A DNA stretch of 64,000 nt from Minisyncoccota bacterium (GTDB lineage: Bacteria; Patescibacteriota; Minisyncoccia; Minisyncoccales; JAQTVQ01). The position numbers and the translations under genes were made by a program. Location of the stretch: the NCBI GenBank assembly GCA_041657385.1, contig JBBABZ010000003.1:8820-72819 (forward strand), given 5' to 3'. The notes beneath the pieces are model-generated. The model searched no databases, was not told where the DNA came from, and was given only the letters and a program-made list of their open reading frames with translations. Shown here piece after piece: positions 29,311 through 39,161 of the stretch (its first letter is position 1; each line of letters begins with the position of its first letter).

Positions 29311-30444
29311 ATGGCTTTAATCATCACCATCATCGCGTTTATCATTGTCCTCGGCGGGGTTGTTTTTGTGCATGAGCTCGGCCATTTTTTGGCTGCCAAA
29401 AGATCGGGCGTTAAAGTGGAAGAGTTCGTTTTGGGTTTTCCTCCTTTGATCTATAAAAAACAAGTAGGGGAAACTTTATATGGCTTAGGGCTGATCCCTT
29501 TTGGAGGTTACAATAAAATTTTAGGAGAAGACGTCAATGATCCAAATGCGATTGCCAATCCGCGGTCTTACGAATCGCAAAAGCCGCTGATAAAATTTTT
29601 GATCATCGCCGGGGGCATTTTTATGAACTTGATTCTGGCCGCTGTTATCTTCTATTTTTTGGCAGTTTCTTCCGGTTTCCAGCTTTGGCAGACCTTGCTT
29701 TATCCTGATTACAAATTTCCTTTCGGCCAGCAAGAGAATTTTCCTATGATCGCGGGAGTTTTTAGCGGTTCGGCTGCGGATAAAGCGGGGCTGGAAGCGA
29801 AAGACGCCATTCTTTCAGCTAACGGAACTTCCATTTCCAACTCTACGGATTTTATGGATTTTATCAGCAAGAACCAGGAAAAAGAAATATCGTTGAATTT
29901 AAAAAATACGAAAAGCGGGCAAGAAAGATCGGTAAAATTGAAGCTTGGCAAAGACGACGGGACAAAGCAGGCTTTGGGAGTAGCATTGGCCGATACCGCT
30001 TTGATCTCTTATAAGGAACCCTTTGAAAAAATAAGCGTTGGCTTCTTGCACTCTTATAACATTACCGATTTTTCTTTTTCTACGATCGGCCGGATCATCA
30101 AATCTTCTTTCGTGGAAAAAGACGCCAGCCTTTTAGGAGTTTCTTTTGTCGGTCCGGTCGGGATCTTTGCCGCAACAAAAATTATAATAAACCAGGGCTG
30201 GTTTGAAATGCTTAATCTTTGCGGGATCATTTCTTTGGCCCTTGCCACCACTAATATTTTGCCGATCCCGGCTTTTGACGGAGGCAAGATTGTTTTTATC
30301 TTTTTGCAGGCGATCGATAAGAAGAGATTTACTTTAGCGATGCAGTACAAGATCGAACAGGCCGGAGCGTTAGTTCTGATCGGCTTGGCGATATTGATCA
30401 CGCTGAAAGATTTCTGGGTCTTTAAAGACATAATATTCAAATAG
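29311..30444 (+). CDS. rseP: RIP metalloprotease RseP (site-2 protease family)
   Basis: HELGHFLAAK zinc motif, PDZ-like central region, C-terminal LDGG motif. Confidence 0.9.
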   Translation: MALIITIIAFIIVLGGVVFVHELGHFLAAKRSGVKVEEFVLGFPPLIYKKQVGETLYGLGLIPFGGYNKILGEDVNDPNAIANPRSYESQKPLIKFLIIAGGIFMNLILAAVIFYFLAVSSGFQLWQTLLYPDYKFPFGQQENFPMIAGVFSGSAADKAGLEAKDAILSANGTSISNSTDFMDFISKNQEKEISLNLKNTKSGQERSVKLKLGKDDGTKQALGVALADTALISYKEPFEKISVGFLHSYNITDFSFSTIGRIIKSSFVEKDASLLGVSFVGPVGIFAATKIIINQGWFEMLNLCGIISLALATTNILPIPAFDGGKIVFIFLQAIDKKRFTLAMQYKIEQAGALVLIGLAILITLKDFWVFKDIIFK

Positions 30445-30446
30445 AT

Positions 30447-31943
30447 ATGGCAGAAAAAATATTCGAGAAAAAACAATTGGCCAAAAAATCAGAAGATTTT
30501 TCCGAATGGTATACTGATGTCATTTTGAAATCCGGTTTAGCCGATTATGCTCCAGTGAAAGGCTGTATGGTTTTTAAGCCTTACGGCTATGCCATTTGGG
30601 AATTGATCCAAAAAGTTTTGGATGAAAAAATAAAAGCCAACGGCGTCAAAAACGCTTATTTCCCGCTTTTTATTCCGGAAAGTTTTTTAAACAAGGAAAA
30701 GGAGCATATCAAAGGTTTTTCGCCGGAGCTGGCCGTGGTAACGGTCGGCGGAGGGAAAGAGCTGGAAGAAAAGCTTATCGTGCGTCCGACCTCGGAAACG
30801 ATAATGTATTCTATGTTCTCCAATTGGATAAGCTCCTGGCGAGATTTGCCTTACAAAGTCAACCAATGGTGCAATGTCGTCCGCTGGGAAAAAAGGCCAA
30901 GATTTTTTATCCGCAATATCGAGTTTCTTTGGCAAGAGGGGCATACGGTCCACGCTTCCAGCGAGGAGGCGCAAGAGCAAGTGGATTGGGCGATGGAGAC
31001 TTATAAAAATATGTACCGCGATTATTTTGCAGTTGACGGGATAGCTGGCCGGAAGTCTGAAAGCGAGAAATTTCCGGGAGCCGATGCAACCACTACCTTT
31101 GAGACTCTTATGCCTTCCGGTATGGTTTTACAGAGCGCCACTTCCCACAACTTAGGCCAAAGATTTGCTAAGTCTTTCAACATAGAGTTTTCTGACCAAG
31201 AAGGGAAAAAAGCTTTTCCTTGGCAGACTTCTTGGGGTTTTTCAACCCGCAGTATCGCTGCTTTGATAATGGCGCATGGCGACGATTCCGGATTGGTTTT
31301 GCCTCCGGCTTTGGCTCCGATCCAGGTCGTGATAATACCGGTGCTCCGCGGCAAAGACGGCGATGCGGCAGTGGTTAAAAAATGCCAAGAACTAAAAGAA
31401 GAAGATCTGAAAAATTGCCGGGTTGAGTTAGATGCGAGAGAAGGCTACTCTATGGGATGGAAATTCAACGAGTGGGAACTGAAAGGAGTGCCCTTAAGGA
31501 TCGAGATCGGCCCCAAAGAATTGGAGGCGGGGAAAGCGACATTGGTCCGAAGGATAGATGGACAAAAAAGATCAGTTGATCTAAAAGATTTAAAAGAGGA
31601 TGTCGGAAAAGAATTAGCGCAGATTCAGGCCGAACTTTTGCAAAGAAGTAACAGCTATCTTTTAGAGAATACGCGTGAAGTCGAAAATTACGATGAATTT
31701 AAAAAAATAATGGCCGGACCGAAAGGATTTATAAAAGCGTGGTGGTGCGAAGATCCGGTTTGCGAAGCAAAAATAAAAGAAGAAACCAAAGCGACGACAA
31801 GGTGCCTGCCTGCCGATAGGCACGGTTTGCCTTCGTCCGCTTCGCCCGCCGTAGCTTCAGCGAAGGAGGGCCAGTCCGAAGGCATCTGCGTTTATTGCGG
31901 CAAACCGGCTAAAAACCAATGGATTTTCGCCCAAGCTTACTAA
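30447..31943 (+). CDS. proS: proline--tRNA ligase, archaeal/eukaryote-like type
   Basis: Class II core without the bacterial INS domain. C-terminal zinc-binding extension (CVYCGKPA) typical of archaeal-type ProRS. Confidence 0.9.
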   Translation: MAEKIFEKKQLAKKSEDFSEWYTDVILKSGLADYAPVKGCMVFKPYGYAIWELIQKVLDEKIKANGVKNAYFPLFIPESFLNKEKEHIKGFSPELAVVTVGGGKELEEKLIVRPTSETIMYSMFSNWISSWRDLPYKVNQWCNVVRWEKRPRFFIRNIEFLWQEGHTVHASSEEAQEQVDWAMETYKNMYRDYFAVDGIAGRKSESEKFPGADATTTFETLMPSGMVLQSATSHNLGQRFAKSFNIEFSDQEGKKAFPWQTSWGFSTRSIAALIMAHGDDSGLVLPPALAPIQVVIIPVLRGKDGDAAVVKKCQELKEEDLKNCRVELDAREGYSMGWKFNEWELKGVPLRIEIGPKELEAGKATLVRRIDGQKRSVDLKDLKEDVGKELAQIQAELLQRSNSYLLENTREVENYDEFKKIMAGPKGFIKAWWCEDPVCEAKIKEETKATTRCLPADRHGLPSSASPAVASAKEGQSEGICVYCGKPAKNQWIFAQAY

Positions 31944-31966
31944 AATATTAACAACCAAGAGAAATT

Positions 31967-33073
31967 TTGTTACAATTACCCATTATGTTCAACTCGAAAA
32001 TGTTCAATCTGATAAAAGGAAAGTTTGTCCATGATATCGCTATTGATCTGGGCACAGCCAATTGTTTGGTTTATGTTAAAGGCCGCGGCATTATTTTAAG
32101 CGAGCCTTCAGTGGTTGCTATTAATAAAAAAACAGGGCAGGTGCTGGCCATTGGGCGCGAAGCCGAAAAAATGGTTGGCCGCACTCCCGGGCATATTGTT
32201 GCCAGCAAGCCGTTGGTCGGAGGAGTTATTTCCGATTTTGAGGTAACGGAACAAATGTTAAGGTATCTGATAGAACGCAGCCGCCAAAAAGGATTTTCTT
32301 TGTCTCCTTTTTGCCGCGCAGTGATCGGCGTTCCCTGCGGCGTAACCGAGGTCGAAAAAAAGGCGGTAAAGGACGCGGCTAAGTCGGCCGGCGCCCGCGA
32401 AGTTTTTTTGATCGAAGAACCGATGGCCGCGGCCATCGGAGCTCATTTGCCGGTGCAGGAAGCGTCTGGAAATTTTATCGTGGATATTGGAGGAGGCACA
32501 GCCGAGGTGGCTGTAGTTTCTTTGGGAGGAATAGTAGTTTCTAAAAGTTTGAGAGTGGCTGGCAATAGATTTGATGAAGACATAGTCAATTTTTCCCAAG
32601 AGGAATATAAGCTTTTGATCGGTCCAAGGACTGCTGAACATATCAAGGTTAGTATCGGTTCGGTTTGCGCTGATGCTGTTTCTTCGAGCGGAAAAGATTT
32701 GCCTAAGGAAATTTCCATGCGCGGCCGTAATTTAGTAACCGGCTTGCCCGAGGAAGTTGTAATAACTCAATCCGATGTCCGCCGGGCTTTAGAAAAATCA
32801 GTCAAACAGATAATTTCCGAAGTAAAAGAAACCATAGAGCTTACTCCTCCGGAGCTTATTTCTGATGTAATGAAAAAAGGGATTTTTATGTCCGGCGGCG
32901 GCGCTTTATTGAGGGGTCTGGATAAATTGATCGCTAAAGAAACAAAGATCCCTACAATGATCATTGAAGATCCTATGACATCGGTAGTGCGCGGAGCGGG
33001 AGTGGTTCTTGAGAATTTGGACGAATTTTATAATGTCTTAGCCGAGATAGAAGAATTGGAAGTCCCGAAATAG
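31967..33073 (+). CDS. mreB: MreB-like actin homologue (second paralogue)
   Basis: DIAIDLGTANCLVYVKGRGIILSEPSVVAI and DIGGGTAEVAVVSLGG. The true start is probably ATG 31985 or 32000. Confidence 0.85.
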   Translation: MLQLPIMFNSKMFNLIKGKFVHDIAIDLGTANCLVYVKGRGIILSEPSVVAINKKTGQVLAIGREAEKMVGRTPGHIVASKPLVGGVISDFEVTEQMLRYLIERSRQKGFSLSPFCRAVIGVPCGVTEVEKKAVKDAAKSAGAREVFLIEEPMAAAIGAHLPVQEASGNFIVDIGGGTAEVAVVSLGGIVVSKSLRVAGNRFDEDIVNFSQEEYKLLIGPRTAEHIKVSIGSVCADAVSSSGKDLPKEISMRGRNLVTGLPEEVVITQSDVRRALEKSVKQIISEVKETIELTPPELISDVMKKGIFMSGGGALLRGLDKLIAKETKIPTMIIEDPMTSVVRGAGVVLENLDEFYNVLAEIEELEVPK

Positions 33074-33075
33074 CG

Positions 33076-33213
33076 AATTTTCAATTTTCCCTGCCTGCCG
33101 GCAGGCAGGAATTCCTAATTTTCATTCAATTTTCAATTTTACAATTTTTAAACTAATCCGTCCTGTTAGTAATGTTTAGAAATTATTCCGCCAGCTGGCG
33201 GAATTAGAAATTT
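33076..33213 (+). repeat. intergenic repeat element copy B incl. CCTGCCTGCCGGCAGGCAGG and TTCCGCCAGCTGGCGGAA palindromes
   Basis: Homologous to 29188..29304. The extra GC-rich palindrome at 33094-33113 resembles the hairpin at 23781-23800. Confidence 0.6.
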
Positions 33214-33252
33214 AATAAAAATTTAAAATTAATAATTAGAAATTCACAAAAA

Positions 33253-33546
33253 ATGGTTTCCGAAGAAGAAATAAAACATATCGCAAAATTATCCCGATTG
33301 GATTTTTCAGAAAGCCAATTGGAAAAATTTCAAAAAGAATTTTCCGCTATTTTGGAATATGTGGAAACCTTGGAAAAAGCCGATGTTGAAGGCGTTGAGC
33401 CGATGTCCCATTCAGTAAAGATCTCTAACATTTTCAGCGATGATAATTTTAATCAGCAGGGGACAAGGATCAATGATAATAAAAAATTGTTGGAAGCCGC
33501 CCCGGAATCTAAGGGAGATTATTTGAAATCAAAATCAGTTTTTTAA
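33253..33546 (+). CDS. gatC: Asp/Glu-tRNA amidotransferase subunit C
   Basis: 97 aa (IKHIAKLSRLDFSESQLEKFQKEFSAILEYVE). Confidence 0.9.
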   Translation: MVSEEEIKHIAKLSRLDFSESQLEKFQKEFSAILEYVETLEKADVEGVEPMSHSVKISNIFSDDNFNQQGTRINDNKKLLEAAPESKGDYLKSKSVF

Positions 33547-33547
33547 T

Positions 33548-34990
33548 ATGGAACCGGACAAACTTTCTATCCAGCAGCTTCATCAGGAATTAGTTGATAA
33601 AAAAATTTCCGCCGTGGAATTGGCTAAGTTTTTTTTAGATAAGATCAAAAAAGAAGACGGCGATATAAGATCGTTTATCACGATCACCGAAGATCTTGCA
33701 TTAAAGCAAGCTAGGATGGCGGACGAGATCATTGCTAAAGAAAAAGAAGAATTGCCGCTGCTGGGGGGAATTCCCTGCGCGATCAAAGATAATATTTTGA
33801 TCGATGGGATAAAATGCACTTCAGCTTCTAAAATTTTGGAAAATTATACGGCTCCTTACGATGCCACGGTTGTAAAAAAACTAAAAGACCAAGGAGCGGT
33901 TATTCTAGGCAAAACAAATATGGATGAATTTGCCATGGGCTCTTCCACCGAAAATTCCGCCTTTTTCGTTACCAAGAATCCTCGCGATACCAGCCGCGTT
34001 CCGGGAGGATCGTCCGGCGGTTCGGCCGCGGCAACTGCCGCTGGTTTTTGCAAATTTGCCTTGGGATCGGATACTGGCGGATCAATAAGACAGCCCGCTT
34101 CTTTTTGCGGCGTAGTTGGATTGAAACCCACTTATGGGGCTGTTTCGCGCTATGGGGCCATGGCTTTTGCTTCTTCCTTGGATCAGATCGGCCCGTTCGC
34201 CAGAAATTCCGAAGACTGCCGGATCGTTTTTGATGCGATCAAGGGCCGCGACCCTCTTGATTCAACTTCCTTAGACGCATCGGAAAGCCAGGAAGAATTC
34301 GATCTAAAAAATTTAAAGATCGGCGTCCCTAAAGAATATTTTGTGGCAGGAATGGATAAAGATGTCGAAAAAACCATTAAAGACGCGATTGAAAAATACG
34401 AGGAAATGGGGGCAAAAATTGTCGAGGTCTCTTTGCCTCATACCGAATACGCTTTGCCTTGCTATTATATAATCGCAACGGCCGAAGCCAGCGCTAATTT
34501 AGCCAGATATGACGGCATCAAATACGGATCTTCCGAGGTTAATAATCCTGAAGTAAAAGATCTTTTAGAGGTTTATATAAAAAGCCGTGAGAAATATTTC
34601 GGCAGCGAAGTGAAGCGCCGTATTATGTTGGGAACCTATGTTTTGTCTTCAGGCTATTATGATGCTTACTATAAAAGGGCTCAAAAGGTAAGGACCTTGA
34701 TCAAGAATGATTTTGAAAAAGCTTTGAGCCAGGCGGATATCTTATTAACTCCGGTTTCTCCTACTTTGCCTTTTAAGATCGGCGAAAAAATGGATGATCC
34801 TCTTTCAATGTATCTGTCCGATATTTATACGATTTCTATCAATCTAGCCGGCGTAGGAGCTTTATCCTTGCCTGCGGGATGGGTGGATCTGCCGTCTGGC
34901 AGATTGCCGGTGGGGATGCAGCTTATCGCTAAACCCTTTGAAGAAAAAAAGATGTTCCAGGCCGCCGCCGCTTTCGAAAAAATAAATTAA
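33548..34990 (+). CDS. gatA: Asp/Glu-tRNA amidotransferase subunit A (amidase)
   Basis: Amidase signature GGSSGGSAAA, S-cisS-K triad context. Confidence 0.95.
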   Translation: MEPDKLSIQQLHQELVDKKISAVELAKFFLDKIKKEDGDIRSFITITEDLALKQARMADEIIAKEKEELPLLGGIPCAIKDNILIDGIKCTSASKILENYTAPYDATVVKKLKDQGAVILGKTNMDEFAMGSSTENSAFFVTKNPRDTSRVPGGSSGGSAAATAAGFCKFALGSDTGGSIRQPASFCGVVGLKPTYGAVSRYGAMAFASSLDQIGPFARNSEDCRIVFDAIKGRDPLDSTSLDASESQEEFDLKNLKIGVPKEYFVAGMDKDVEKTIKDAIEKYEEMGAKIVEVSLPHTEYALPCYYIIATAEASANLARYDGIKYGSSEVNNPEVKDLLEVYIKSREKYFGSEVKRRIMLGTYVLSSGYYDAYYKRAQKVRTLIKNDFEKALSQADILLTPVSPTLPFKIGEKMDDPLSMYLSDIYTISINLAGVGALSLPAGWVDLPSGRLPVGMQLIAKPFEEKKMFQAAAAFEKIN

Positions 34991-35007
34991 AAAATAAATT
35001 TTATAAT

Positions 35008-35562
35008 TTGGATGATTGCCCCAATAAAAGTAAAATGGTTTTTCAAGAAATAATCTCGTATTTGAATTCTTCGCCGGTTCAAGGCTTTCTTTTGCCATTC
35101 AAAATAATTTTTATTTTGCTTTCTATTTTTTTTGCCGGGGCGATCTCTTATTTTATTCATAAAGCGCCCGGTGATATTTTGAGCGAAAAACAGAAGTACT
35201 CCGATCTTTTATTTTTCAACAATTTCAAAAAAGCTTCCGATACAAAATTCAAGAAAACATGGAAGAAGGCTTGCCAACTTTTGAAAAATGACCTTGAGCC
35301 GGAATATAAGCTGGCTGTTCTTGAGGCTTATGCTTTGTTTTCCGATTTTTTAGCTCAAAGGGACTGGAATGGGGGAAGTTTAGCCGCTCAGCTTGACTCA
35401 GCCCGATCGGATAAAGATTTTATGTTCGACAGAGGGAACATTCTTCGTCTTTCCAATTTGCGCGATAATATAGTTGCGGATAAAAATTATAGGCTCGATA
35501 TGAAAGAGGTTAAAAATCTTTTCACCGATATTGAAGGGGATATCAAAAGAGCGGAAGAATAA
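35008..35562 (+). CDS. hypothetical membrane protein
   Basis: One TM helix (FLLPFKIIFILLSIFFAGAISYFI), then a soluble alpha-helical domain. Confidence 0.5.
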   Translation: MDDCPNKSKMVFQEIISYLNSSPVQGFLLPFKIIFILLSIFFAGAISYFIHKAPGDILSEKQKYSDLLFFNNFKKASDTKFKKTWKKACQLLKNDLEPEYKLAVLEAYALFSDFLAQRDWNGGSLAAQLDSARSDKDFMFDRGNILRLSNLRDNIVADKNYRLDMKEVKNLFTDIEGDIKRAEE

Positions 35563-35647
35563 ATTTTATTGCTTTTTTAACATTGGAGATTTTTATCATT
35601 TTTAGGGCGGTTTGACTTTTGTTAGCAATAAAAGATAATAAAAAATA

Positions 35648-36220
35648 ATGATTGCAGTATTTTCTTTCCTCTTTTTTATTTTTTCCTGCCTTTATTTTTT
35701 CCTGCCGATCTACTTGGCCAATATGACCCCGCCGCTGGTAAAAAATCTTCCTTTTCTCCGCAATTTCAATACGCCGGTGGATTTTGGTTTTAAATTGCGA
35801 AACCATTATTTGTTCGGCGATCACAAGACTTGGCGCGGCGTGATTTGCGCTATCATGGTTGGAACAGTTGCGGTTTTGGTCCAAGGCTGGCTGGAATCCA
35901 ATTTTAAACTTTTTCAAAAAATTTCTTTAGTGGATTACGGCGGTTTTAATTTGTTTTCTCTGGGTATCTTAATGTCGGCTGGCGCTATGGCCGGAGATTT
36001 GGGAGCGGCTTTCATTAAGCGGCGCATAGACTTGAAACCGGGAGAAGCTTTCATGCCTTGGGATCAAACCAACTATGTGATCGGCAGTTTTATTTTTTTA
36101 CAGCCTTATGTCCATTTTAGCTGGATCATTTGGACCATATTATTCGTCTCAACCTTTTTTCTTCATCTGTTGATCAACCGGTGGGGCTATATGCTGGGAT
36201 TGCATAAAGCAAAATGGTAA
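35648..36220 (+). CDS. CDP-archaeol synthase-like (CarS/DUF46, CTP-transferase superfamily) integral membrane protein
   Basis: P(A/I)Y-LANMTPPL and PVDFG...FGDHKTWRG match the CarS/DUF46 signature. 4-5 TM helices. Confidence 0.55.
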   Translation: MIAVFSFLFFIFSCLYFFLPIYLANMTPPLVKNLPFLRNFNTPVDFGFKLRNHYLFGDHKTWRGVICAIMVGTVAVLVQGWLESNFKLFQKISLVDYGGFNLFSLGILMSAGAMAGDLGAAFIKRRIDLKPGEAFMPWDQTNYVIGSFIFLQPYVHFSWIIWTILFVSTFFLHLLINRWGYMLGLHKAKW

Positions 36221-36834
36221 AGAATCCAAAAGCCCTGCGCCTGAAAAAATTTTTCCAGAACCGTTATTTTGTTCTTCGCCACGGCTATTCCAATGTCCAA
36301 ATTGAAAAAGCTGCCGGCCGGCCGGCAAAAGATGAAAATTGCGGTTTGACCATAGAGGGGCGGGAAGAAGTTTCTGCCAGCGCCCAAAAACTCAAAAAAG
36401 AAGGGATCGATCTAATAGTGGCGTCGGACGTAGAAAGAGCCAGGGAAACGGCAGAAATTGCCAGCCGCATTATTGGAGCTAAGATTATTTTTGACAAACG
36501 GCTGCGCGAATTTGACGTAGGGGATTTGAAGGGCCGCAACTCTGATAAGATATGGAGCTATCTATGCGACCAAGACGATTTGGCAAACGCCGTTTTGCCC
36601 AATGGCGAAAGCCTTTCTGATGTCCAAAAAAGAGCTTATGAATGTTTGGCTGATTTGGATAAGAAATACAAAAATAAGACTCTTATTATAATTTCTCATG
36701 AATTTCCTTTGATGCTTTTGGAATGGACCTTAAAAGGAATGGAGCTTGAGGAGATCGTTGAAAAAAGATGTTCGGGTAAGATCAAGAAGATCGGCACCGG
36801 CTGTTTTCGCGAACTGTCTTTTAAAAATCGTTAA
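36214..36834 (+). CDS. histidine phosphatase family protein (phosphoglycerate mutase-like)
   Basis: RHG catalytic motif (FVLRHGYSN) and downstream His in ISHEFP. ATG overlaps the upstream stop (ATGGTAA). Confidence 0.7.
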   Translation: MVKNPKALRLKKFFQNRYFVLRHGYSNVQIEKAAGRPAKDENCGLTIEGREEVSASAQKLKKEGIDLIVASDVERARETAEIASRIIGAKIIFDKRLREFDVGDLKGRNSDKIWSYLCDQDDLANAVLPNGESLSDVQKRAYECLADLDKKYKNKTLIIISHEFPLMLLEWTLKGMELEEIVEKRCSGKIKKIGTGCFRELSFKNR

Positions 36835-36917
36835 AAGCAGAGTTTTTGATAATTTTTTGCCAAATTTTTTCTGGCAATTTTTCTTGCCAAATTTTTTAAA
36901 TTATTTTATAATTTTAA

Positions 36918-37413
36918 GGCCAAGCAGGCAGGCGATCGCGCCGTTTTCCGCGAGGAAAATGGTGAGGAAAGTCCGAACACCCAGTCCCGCAAAATGCGGA
37001 ATTAAAAGTAGAGGGCAACACCCTTCATCCGTAAGGATCGAGGTGCGAACAGTGACGTGTCTGGCCGAAAGGCTGGACAGCCCCGCCCTCTAAGCCCGTG
37101 GAATAAGACTTGCTGTAGAATACGGCATTAACTGTATCTCAGCATTTTATTGATTCAACGAGCATAGAGGGCGGGGATATTCCTATAGCGATATAGGGGT
37201 GCAACGGCTAAATCCTTACTCGGGTGCAAGAGCAAACTTGGGTGCGCAAGCATCCAAAGAAAAGTGGCTCGCTAGAGCCGAAGAGCAATTTTCGGCCCAG
37301 ATAGATGATCGCTTCGCCTCGCCGTAGCCTTTGGTTATGGCGGGCGATACCCGCCTTCGCTCCTTTTGGAGCTATGGCGGGTGATACAGAATTCGGCTTA
37401 TTGCCTGCTTGGC
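36918..37413 (+). ncRNA. rnpB: RNase P RNA (bacterial type A) with internal expansion
   Basis: CR-I GAGGAAAGTCCGAAC...TAGAGGGCA, CR-II/III GTAAGG..GGTGCGAACAG, CR-V ACAGAATTCGGCTTA. P1 stem GCCAAGCAGGCA/TGCCTGCTTGGC closes the ends. No real CDS here (ORF 36746..37093 is spurious). Confidence 0.85.
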
Positions 37414-37424
37414 ATCTTTTTCAA

Positions 37425-37449
37425 ATCCATAGTCGTCTATGGATTTTTA
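37425..37449 (+). terminator. rho-independent terminator after rnpB
   Basis: ATCCATAG-TCGT-CTATGGAT followed by T5. Confidence 0.7.
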
Positions 37450-37499
37450 AATAGATCGGTTCCCTTTTTAATTATTGCAGAAAAGGTTAAAATATTATT

Positions 37500-39161
37500 A
37501 TGGTTTTGAAAAATGCGTTTAATTCTTCGTCTAAAAGCGTCAGCCAGGCTACGGTTATTTTGGCCATAGCTGTTTTTTTGAGCCAGCTTTTGGGTCTTTT
37601 TCGGGACCGTTTGCTGGCCGGAACTTTCGGAGCCGGCCTTGATCTGAGCATCTATTACGCCGCTTTCCGCATACCTGATTTTATTTACAATATTCTTTTT
37701 GCCGGCAGTATTGTGGTTGCTTTCTTGCCTGTTTTTGCCGAGCATTACACCAAGGATAAAGACGAAGCCTGGCGAATGTCTAATTATGTTTTAAATTCGT
37801 TTTTATTTTTTACATTCATTTTGATAGCAATTCTTTTTGTTTTCGCTTCTCAATTCATCAAATTGATCGTTCCAGGTTTTGATTTAGAGGCTCAAACTAA
37901 AACCGTTGCTTTGACCAGGTTGATGCTTTTAAGTCCTTTGTTTTTTGGGTTGTCTTCCTTCTTCTCTTCGGTCCTGCAATATTTCAATAAATTTTTGGCT
38001 TACTCTTTGGCTCCGCTTCTTTATAATTTAGGCATAATTTTTGGCGTTATTTTCCTATCTCCAAAATTCGGCATATTCGGGGTTGGCTTGGGAGTGGTTT
38101 TAGGCGCGGCGGCGCATTTGCTGGTTCAAGTTCCGGCCACCATAAGCTGCGGTTTCAAGTATCGCCCGTTATTTGATCTAAAACATCCAGCGGTTTTAAA
38201 AATAGTCAATTTGACTCTTTTTCGATCTTTGGCCGCTTCTCTCAATCAGATCAATTTTATGGTCATCGCGGCTATTTCTTCGGGCATCAGTCTTGGCGCT
38301 GTAGCGATCTTTAATCTTTCTTTCAACCTTTCTTTTCTGCCGATCGGCATTCTCGGCGTTTCCTTAGCCACAGCCGTTTTTCCAAAACTTGCCCAAAATT
38401 GGGTTGAAGGGGAAAAAGAAGAATTTTATGAAAATTTTTCCTTGGCTTTCCGCCAAATTCTTTACTTGGCTTTGCCTATCGGGATCATGTTTTTCGTTTT
38501 AAGGGAGACTATCGTAGGGTTGATCCTGCAAACCGGCCAATTCGGGATGAGAGACGCGGCTTTGACATCAGCCTGCTTGGGTATATATTCTTTTGCTATC
38601 CTTCCCCAGTGTTTAGTGCCCTTGATCCTAAGAGGATTTTTCAGTGCAAAAGACACAAAAACTCCGGCGATCTTGGCTGCGCTGTTTGTCGGCCTTAATG
38701 TGGCACTGGCCTTATGGTTTGTCTTTTTAGCTGGCCAAGCCAATTCGTTTTCCTCTTTTTTAAGAAACAGCTTCGGTTCCAGCCAGCCAGTTGCCAACTT
38801 AAAAATACTAGCTCTTTGTTTAGCTTTTTTAGTTGCCCTTATCTTCCAGTTCGCGATCTTTATGGTTTTTTTGTACAGAAAAATAGGGAACTTTAAACTA
38901 GGAGAGATCTGGCGATCTTCTTGGAAGATATTTATCGGCGGTTTGGTCATTTTTATTTTTGGCCGATATTTTTTGGCAAAAATGATCCCAATTTTGGGTT
39001 TGGGTTTCTGGGGAAATTTTTGGCAGGGTGCAGTTGTTGGGGGGGCAAGTTTTCTGCTATACTTTTCAATAACGCTTATGCTGGGTTCGACCGAAGCAAA
39101 AGGTTTTATTCCCGGCCTTTTAAGCCGTTTCAAGAGATATGGAAAGCCCAAAACAAATTAG
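37500..39161 (+). CDS. murJ: lipid II flippase MurJ (MviN family)
   Basis: 553 aa polytopic MOP-family protein (GLFRDRLLAGTFGAG, AFRIPDFIYNI). Confidence 0.9.
   Translation: MVLKNAFNSSSKSVSQATVILAIAVFLSQLLGLFRDRLLAGTFGAGLDLSIYYAAFRIPDFIYNILFAGSIVVAFLPVFAEHYTKDKDEAWRMSNYVLNSFLFFTFILIAILFVFASQFIKLIVPGFDLEAQTKTVALTRLMLLSPLFFGLSSFFSSVLQYFNKFLAYSLAPLLYNLGIIFGVIFLSPKFGIFGVGLGVVLGAAAHLLVQVPATISCGFKYRPLFDLKHPAVLKIVNLTLFRSLAASLNQINFMVIAAISSGISLGAVAIFNLSFNLSFLPIGILGVSLATAVFPKLAQNWVEGEKEEFYENFSLAFRQILYLALPIGIMFFVLRETIVGLILQTGQFGMRDAALTSACLGIYSFAILPQCLVPLILRGFFSAKDTKTPAILAALFVGLNVALALWFVFLAGQANSFSSFLRNSFGSSQPVANLKILALCLAFLVALIFQFAIFMVFLYRKIGNFKLGEIWRSSWKIFIGGLVIFIFGRYFLAKMIPILGLGFWGNFWQGAVVGGASFLLYFSITLMLGSTEAKGFIPGLLSRFKRYGKPKTN

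Noticed and set aside
36746-37093. 115-aa ORF
   Set aside because: Lies entirely within RNase P RNA. Arg/Ser-rich translation of a structured RNA gene.
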